Assembly (NCBI GenBank): GCA_951406725.2
Contig: OX597834.1
Span: 25,420,001-25,484,000, forward strand
Length of the DNA stretch: 64,000 nucleotides
Reading direction: 5' to 3'
Source: Octopus vulgaris
Lineage: Eukaryota
Under the pieces are notes generated by a model. That model saw only the letters and a list, made by a program, of their open reading frames with translations. It did not search any database and had not been told where the DNA came from. The position numbers and the translations under genes were made by a program. Below, in pieces: positions 40,201 to 49,200 of this stretch. Each line of letters starts with the position of its first letter. The stretch's first letter is position 1.

Positions 40201-43200
40201 CACTTGGTTAGATTTGCAAAAGCACACACTGAGAGGACACATCCAGTGTCCAGAAATATGTTGTACTGGTTCCCCATTTAACTAATTTGCTTGCAAGGAC
40301 CCCCTTTGATTATTATTTTATTCTGGTGGACCCCGCCATAGCTGTTCAATGTTTAAAATGTAGTTTTATAGATACTTCTTTCAAAATCCTTATTTTCTTT
40401 CTCGCAAGTCCATTTGCATAGGTTTGTCATAGCACTCACTGAGAGAACATGTGTCAAGGGCCAGAAACCTGTCAAACTATGCAAAATGTTTGAGAAAGCA
40501 ACATAGCTGCTTCTTGCAACAAATACAACTAAAGCAAAATCCTTCTCACGGACCCTTGAAATACAAGTGTAGATCCCCAATTTACTATTTTACTTGCACA
40601 GACCCCTAAAAATCTATGGACTGCCAGGGATCACATGGACTCTGATTGAGATCTACTGATATAGAAGCTACCTCATTCGTTGGTAGTAGATAGTTAAATA
40701 GTTGGGGGCTACAGTGGGGCAGGGGGGGCATAGGTCACAGAAGTGACCCTTGGAGGAGGGCTTACAATAATGGTTGTTAATGTTAAATCACAACAGAAGA
40801 GAGGGTTGGTGGCTGGAGAAAGTAATTTCTGGCTGTATTAGGTCAGGGGTAAAAGGTCACAGCAGCTGATATGGTGTGAAGGGGGTATCTTCGAATAAAA
40901 ACCCAATAAAAGAAGGAGTTGGTGAGGGTGGGGTAGGGGGGTGATGGCTGGTAGAAACAGCTGGATTGCCTTTCCTAAAATTGAGAGTTGAGAACAGAGG
41001 GTAAATATAAATAGAAAGAGAGAGAGATGAATATAAATCAAGAAAAAAAGAGAGAGATATAAATACAAATAGAGAAAGACAAAAGAGACAAACCTGCAAA
41101 CAGAGATATGTTTCTTTATTAGCCACACAGGGCTGCACACAGATAGAACAAATTACAAGGTAGAGCTTTTCTTTTGGGGGTAAAAAAAAAGGGGGGGGTC
41201 GGTCAAAAGGGATTGTAAAATGAAAGAAAGAGGACAAAAAAAGGGGGGAGGGGTTTTAAAAAGAAAAGGGGGGGCTGACTACAAAGAGAAAGAGAAGGTT
41301 ACCTTTCAACCATATCGAGAATCTCCTGCAGTCGGTCGCACTGTTTCTTTTCTTGTTCACAAACAACATCAAGACGTTCCTTCTCATGAGTCATGTTGAC
41401 AATCTGGTCTTTGTTGTAACGAAGTCTGTTCAAATATCAGAGCAAAACACAGCAAGATAGGATTACTTTTTTTTTTTTATTTATTTATACGCCCTTTGCA
41501 AGCCGAGCCAGGCTCATGGGCCCGGTTTCCCGGTTTCTGTGGCGTATGTGTTCCCCCCCAGCTGGACGGGACGCCAGTCCATCGCAGCGTTACCCAAGAA
41601 ACAGGAAGAAAGAGTGAGAGGAAGTTGGGGCGAAAGAGTACAACAGGGATTGCCACCACCCCCTGCCGGAGTCTCGTGGAGCTTTTTAGGTGTTTTCGCT
41701 CAATAAACACACACAACGCTCGGTCTGGGGATCGAAACCGCGATCCTCCGACTGCGAGTCCACTGCACTAACCCCTGGGCCATTGCGCCTCCACAAAATA
41801 GGATTAACAAGATAAAATTAATAAGATAAGATTAACAAGATATGATTAACACACAGGATTAACAAATATGATTAACAAGATAAGATTAACAAATAATATT
41901 AACACATAGGATCAACAAATGGTTTCTGCCACAGATGCAAGGTTAAATATTTTAGCGGTGGGTAGCAAACTCTTCTTATACAGCCTCAACACTCTTCTGT
42001 GAAGCAGTCAGGCATCCCACTGCATCTCTTATGCACCTACACTTTACATAGGATGCACAATATGCGTATGCGGGTATTTTGAAAATACCTTACAGAGTGA
42101 CGACCATGTCCTGCATAGTTACTGACTGCCCTTTGGCAACTCATTCAACCACCCTGCCATGGATACAGCAAAGTGATGGGACTGCAGTATGGTGGGTTGT
42201 GAAGAGGTAGGTGGAAGAGTTCAACCGAACCAATGGTGCTTCTTACATTGATGCTAAACAGAGGAATCCCAGAAGATCAATGATCAGGATCACCAAGCTC
42301 TATCAAGAGGGTAACTGCAATGCATCCATAGGGGTGGTGTCCATGGTTGTGCAATCAGGCACACAGTGAATATGCGCCGCTATTTTCATAGATTCCCATG
42401 ACTCTCTGTTGTATTCATCCGATTCCATTATTATGAATTTGAATTAGGAGCTTGAGTCCTAGTGATTCTTTCACCCACCAACAACAGAACAATTTCACAC
42501 ACACACATGAACGATAAATCCAACAGAATGAATTAGAAATTGGCAAGGCCACTGGTGTCTTACTTGCGGTCATTCTGTATGATATCCACTTCTGACATAT
42601 TGACAAGAATGTTGAGATTGTGGACGAGTTCAGGAACATCAAATGCTGTCCTTGCTTTCGGGGTTGATTCAATGACATCATCATCTTCATCTGGTTTGTC
42701 GTGACGTTGACAGATGGCATGGTAACCTAGCAAATAAAGCAAACATATGCTTAATCTGATAGTAATAGCAACAAAATCTCCCTCACCTAACAATCTTAAA
42801 AAGAGAACATATTGGATAATGTTGTCCTGCATGTACTAAAAATAAAAAAAAAAGAAGGGATGGTCATAGCTAGAATGTCTTAGACTATGATCTGCTGGCT
42901 CAAGTCTGACCCATACTGGGATTAACCCTTTAGTGTTCGCATTATTCTGTCAAAATTAATGCTTCTTTATCCACACTGTTTTGAACTAATCATGCATTAT
43001 CTTGTAGCTATGAGATTTTGATGAGGTAGCTGTTAATTTTTCAAACGATATTGTAGGGTTGGTGTGAGAGATCAGATCTGGCCAGTTTGAACATAAAACA
43101 GGCAGAATACTTTTGGCCGGATATGGCCAGTATAAATGCTAAAGGGTTAAACAACAGTCTTGTAACAAAATTGAACTCAGCAGTCCAGCAGAGCATGCTT

Positions 43201-46200
43201 GCTTCATTTCCTTCTACTTCACAAGTCCTCTGTATTCAGGGCCCACATCTCACTTTCGTGTAGCATTGCTGTCTATACACAAGCATCATACAATCTACCT
43301 TTCATTCTGAGAGAGAGACTTCTTTCAGTCTCCATCAACCAAATCCACTCACAAGGTTTTGGTTTGCCTGGGATTATAGTAGAAGACACTTGCCCAGGGC
43401 ACCACACAGTGGGACTGAACTCAGAACCGTGTGGTTGAGAAGCAAGCTTCTTACCACACGCTCATGCTTGCACCTATGTTACGTTTATAACTTGTTGTAA
43501 TATCTAAGTTTGTTTTGATTTACAGTTTCAAAGATGTTGAAATAAAAAAAGACATAGAAACCTGAAAGAACTCGTTTCTCTTTGCCGGTCATGTCGATGA
43601 CCTTCACCTTTGACAGTTCACTGGATTGAATCGGTCTCTTCTTCCGTGTCAGGCCAGACTCTATCACATCCTGGGCCGTTTTGTAGACGTACTTTGGTTT
43701 ACGATTATTGCCCTACAAGGAATCAAAGACAATCTTCAGAAGAATGCAATATTTTTTTGTACCAAACATTGAAAACTATTTTCATAAAGTTCATTAACAC
43801 AGGCTAATGGAGGAGAGGTAACAGAGTTTGATAATGAACAGAAAAAGTGCTGAGGCCCCAGACACCAACAGACAGAGAGGACGCAGTCTTGTTAACAGTG
43901 GAGGAAAACCCTACATTCACTAGTTGTACTCAAAGTTATTGAAGTTTTATGAGTATTCTCAACATTCCCTGAGGATTGTAGTACCCCAGGGCAGTGCTTT
44001 TCAAACTTTTTGCTGGAGCGGAACCCTAAGGAAACATTCCACTGGCTCGAGGAACCTCTGTGCAATAATTTAATAGTTTTATGCACACATATCTGCACAG
44101 GAGAATTAAAAATTACTGCCGATTTTAGCAGTTTTGTAACTTCTTGCGGAACCCCTGGACTGTACTGGCGGAACCCTGGTTGAAAACCACTGCCCTCAGG
44201 AATAAGGAAGCTTAAAAGGCTGTCATGTTGGCTCAAAGTAGTGATGTCTCCATTTGTTTCAGGCAGGGAGATGTGTGTACAGTTGATGAAGCAGAAAATA
44301 GAGGCGATAGTAAGGTCAACCTACATATGGTTAAGGGGAATAGTTCAAAAGAGGGGGTAAAGCAACACTGTTAGCTTGTACAGCTTCTTCCAGATTAATG
44401 AGAGGAATGTGTTGCATATTTATCTGATTTATATCTGAAGTGAAATTAAAGGCAGAAAAGGAGCAATGTTCCAGATGGTTGCTGCTGGAGAGAAGGATTT
44501 GGTAGTGTGTTTCAAATGGGATTTATGTGGGGGATGGAGCATGGACAATCAGGAGCTCAGCCTTCAAGGTATGGACAATTATGAGCCCAGCATTCTGATC
44601 TCACAAATTACTAACCATCAAACAAACAAAAATACAATAATTTTCAAAAAATAGAAACAAAACAAAAAAAAAAAACAGAAAAAAAACATAATGGCGGTGC
44701 CCCAGCATGGCCACAGCTCATGAGCTGAAACTGGAAAAATCATCAAAAATCAAAATCATACCAACATTTATCTGAATAAATTTAGAAATTTGGGAAATCA
44801 CAAACGTAATGGCGGTGCCCCAGCATGGCCACAGCTCATGACCTGAAACTGGAAAAATCATCAAAAATCAAAATCATACCAACATTTATCTGAATAAATT
44901 TAGAAATTTGAGAAATCACAAACTTACCGTGGGTTCCCTCTTCCATTGGTGAAGCTCATTCTTAAATTCAGTCTCTTCCTCTTCATCAGAATCTTGTACA
45001 GGATAGTGTTTCAAAGACTGCTGTGTTCTCTCACTGCCACTGAACTCCAACCCAGCACGGCGCCGACGTTTCACAGCTTCAATGGGTGCAGTGATACCTT
45101 GGGCGGTTTTTCCTAAGCCTTTACCTTTTTCGTAACCCATCTAAAATTTATCAGGAAAAGAAGCTAGTTGCTGGATGGTGATATCAGAGAATTTACAGAA
45201 CAAACTATAAATGGATGAATTAATTCTTAATTTTTTAGCATGTCTAATGTAATGTTTATTAATTTCCATTAGTTTTCAACTAATCATTTATCACCTTGTA
45301 GCACTGAGATTTTGATTATGTAATTATATATATTCAAAATAACATTGTAAGGTAGTGTAAGAAGCAGGATCTGGTCAGTTTGAATATAAAACAGGTAAAA
45401 TATTTGGGCCAAATTAAATGCTATAGGGTTAAGCAAAGACATATAACTCTAATGATAAAGAGAAAAAATTACAGTTATGAAAGATAAAGCTATGGTTATA
45501 ACCAATGTAGCGATAATTATGACCAGACAAAACTATGACTAGCTAAGGTAATAGTTATAACTTACTAAAATTACAGTTATGACCAGATAAAGCTACAATA
45601 ACAAGATGTACCTAGTTATAACTTAACAAAGCTACTATGATTATGACCAGCAAAGACTGTAATTATGACCTGTTAAAGCTACAGTTATGACAAAATAAAA
45701 CTAGTTATGACTGATGAAGACTACTTTTACAACCACCAAAACAATTATTGTGAGCCAAACTTACCTTTTCCAGAAGTTTCTGACCGATTCCCCTGGTATG
45801 TTTCTCCCATTTTCCAAAGTTTTTATCACTAAAAAAGATAAAATGAAACAGAAAAAAACATGGTTTACAAACATTTTGTTAATAAATGAACTTAGGAAGG
45901 TGGAAGGAGTGTAGGTCTATTTCCATTTAACACAAACACATTTTATTATTTTCCAGTGGTACATGACCTGCTGTGCTTGAGGAGACCTATTGAGTCAAGT
46001 ACATCAACATCGAAATAAATATATAATGGAAACAGTAGTTGTGATACCTGTGCCGCTGACACGTAAAAACCACCATCTGAACGTGGCCGATGCCAGCACC
46101 GCCTTGACTGGCTTCTGTGCTGGTGGTACGTAAAAAGCACCAACCGATCGTGGCCACTGCCAGCCTCCCCTGGCATCTGTGCCGGTGGCACGTAAAAAGC

Positions 46201-49200
46201 ACCCACTACACTCACGGAGTGGTTGGCGTTAGGAAGGGCATCCAGCTGTAGAAACACTGCCAGATCAGACTGGAGCCCGGTGCAGCCTCCTGGCTTCCCA
46301 GACCCCGGTCGAATCGTCCAACCCGTGCTAGGACGGAAAACGGACATTAAATGATAATGATGATGATGATGATCTAGTTCAGTTATGTGACTGTGGCCAT
46401 GCCGAGGTATTACCACCAAGGTTTTTAGTCATTTATTTATAACAAATCCAACACACTGTCTCCTACTCATTCAATCAATCTCTAAATATTGAAATGATTT
46501 TGAGTTTAAATAATTTTAGAGAATTACCTCCCATTAGCCACATTTATATCTTTAACCCTTTAGCTTTCCAATTACTATGTTAAATATAATATTTACTAGC
46601 TGGCCCAGTGCCGTTAAAACTGACGGCTAATTGTAGTATCTTATATATAAATAAGGTACAAAATAAGGTACATAATAATCACACATACAAACATTCACAT
46701 ATTTCCCTTATACACACACACACACACATACATACATACTCAGAGTTGAAACGCTGTTTGAATTTTCTTTTCAGCATTGAATGTTCACCATCCCACTTCC
46801 ATTGGACACACACACACACACACACATACATATATACTCAGAGTTGAAACACTGTTTGAATTTTCCTTTCAGCATTGAATCTTCACCATCCCACTTCCAT
46901 TGGACACACACACACACATAAATACATACATACTCAGAGTTGAAACGCTGTTTGAATTATCTTTTCAGCATTGAATGTTCACCATCCCACTTCCATTGGA
47001 CACACACACACACACACACAAACATTCACATACCTCCCTTTTACATACACACAAGTTTTGGCATATGGCCAGTAATTTCAGAGGAAGTACCAGTGCTCAA
47101 CTGGTACTTATTGACCCCCACAAAAAGATGAAAGGCAAACTCAACCTCAGTGGCATTTGAACTCAATTGCTGAACGAAACTGATGACAATCCAAGGTAGC
47201 ATCCAAACAACCAGAGAGACCTTACCTGTAATTCAAGAGTACAGCCTTGTCACATGTCATGCCTTTATGATCCTGATTGAAAATTACATTAAGGAAGTGC
47301 ATGTCTGGGGAATAATCAGCCACATATTATCTGTGCCCCCTCCCCACAGGTCACTGGCCCCACTACACCACCACTTGTTCTCCACACACACCCACTCACT
47401 TCATGGCAGGTCACCTGCCCCACAGCTTTTATCTCTTAATTGCAATCATACCTTTCAAAATCTTTACTTCCAGCAAACCTTCTTGGTGGTGGTGCCTTGA
47501 GAGGAACTTTCTTCTTTTGTGGAACCTTCACAGCAGTTTCTTCTTCAGAATCATCTTCTGAATCCTAGAAAGAAAAAAAAAACAAAGACAAGGGGTGAGG
47601 AATATAGTGAAATGAACTGACCTAAAGTATATTACAGGTAAATCATTTATTAACTCTATACAGGCGCAGGAGTGGCTGTGTGGTAAGTAGCTTGCTAACC
47701 AGCCACATGGTTCCGGGTTCAGTCCCACTGCATGGCATCTTGGGCAAGTGCCTTCTGCTATAGCCCCGGGCCGACCAATGCTTTGTGAGTGGATTTGGTA
47801 GACGGAAACTGAAAGAAGCCTGTCGTATATATATATATATATATATATGTGTATGTGTGTGTTTGTCCCCCTAGCATTGCTTGACAACCGATGCTGGTGT
47901 GTTTACGTCCCCGTCACTTAGTGGTTCGGCAAAAGAGACCGATAGAATAAGTACTGGGCTTACAAAGAATAAGTCCCGGGGTCGATTTGCTCAACTAAAG
48001 GCAGTGCTCCAGCATGGCCGCAGTCAAAATGACTGAAACAAGTCAAAAAAAAAAAGAACCGATGGCACGTAAAAGCACCCACTACACTCTCAAAGTGGTT
48101 GGCGTTCGGAAGGACATCCAGCTGTAGAAACTCTGCCAGATCAAGATTGGAGCCTAGTGCAGCCATCTGGTTCGCCAGACCTCAGTCAAATCATCCAACC
48201 CATGCTAGCATGAAAAGCAGATGGTAAATGATGATGATGATGATAATGACAGAAGAGAGATGATGAAGGAATTATACCAACATCAACAATAACTGAACAA
48301 ACACGGTGGGATTGAACCTGAAGATTCTTACCACACAGCCATACTTGTGATTTTTATTCACTGCCATTTTCAACTCTATCCATCTGCCACTCTCCTTTCA
48401 CATACTCATGAACTTACCTAACCATTCTTCCTGTCCAGATTTTCTGGACCCCTTATATTTACTCTGCTGTAGCCTGAAGGTACCCCCACTGACACCTCTT
48501 CCTCACCACCTTCTTTCTATTCCAACTGAGGTAACCATAGATCTCCCACACAGCAAGACACCAGAATGTGTCCCTCTATCATACATTAACCTCTGTCACC
48601 TGGTATAAAGCCATTTCAATACTACATCAACCTTAGTCAAGGAGTCTTGTCATGGCAATTACTCGGTGGCTTCACGAGTACCAGTGCCACATAAAAAAAG
48701 AATGCAATACACTTTGTGAAGGGGTTGACATTAAGGTCATCCAACCACAGAAACCATGTTGAAGTAGACATTGGAGATTGGCACAGTCCTCTGGCTTGCC
48801 AGCTCTTGTCAATCTATTTCTTTACTACCCACAAGGGGCTAAACACAAAGGGGACAAACAAAGACAGACAAAGGGATTAAGTCGATTACATCAACTCCAG
48901 TTCGTAACTGGTACTTATTTAATCGACCCCGAAAGGACGAAAGGCAAAGTCGACCTCGGCGGAATTTGAACTCAGAACGTAACGGCAGACGAAATACCGC
49001 TAAGTATTTCGCCCGGCGTGCTAACCATTCTGCCAGCTCACCGCCGTAACGAGTACCAGTGCCACATAAAAAAAGAATGCAGTACACTTTGTGAAGTGGT
49101 TGACATTAAGGTCATCCAACCACAGAAACCATGCTGAAGTAGACATTGGAGATTGGCACAGTCCCCTGGCTTGCCAGCTCGTCAACCTGTCTAACCTACA

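Larger units (their letters stand above)
17545..41299. repeat. ~12-kb direct duplication across the gap (A 17545-29649, B 29750-41299); probable uncollapsed haplotypes
   Basis: Collinear, near-identical sequence including exons 9-15. Both inner breakpoints coincide with the gap edges. Confidence 0.95.

Noticed and set aside
17545-41299. Novel TFIP11 with a duplicated GCFC domain
   Set aside because: Breakpoints sit on the gap and the exon 15-to-9 join is out of frame; best explained as haplotype overlap.
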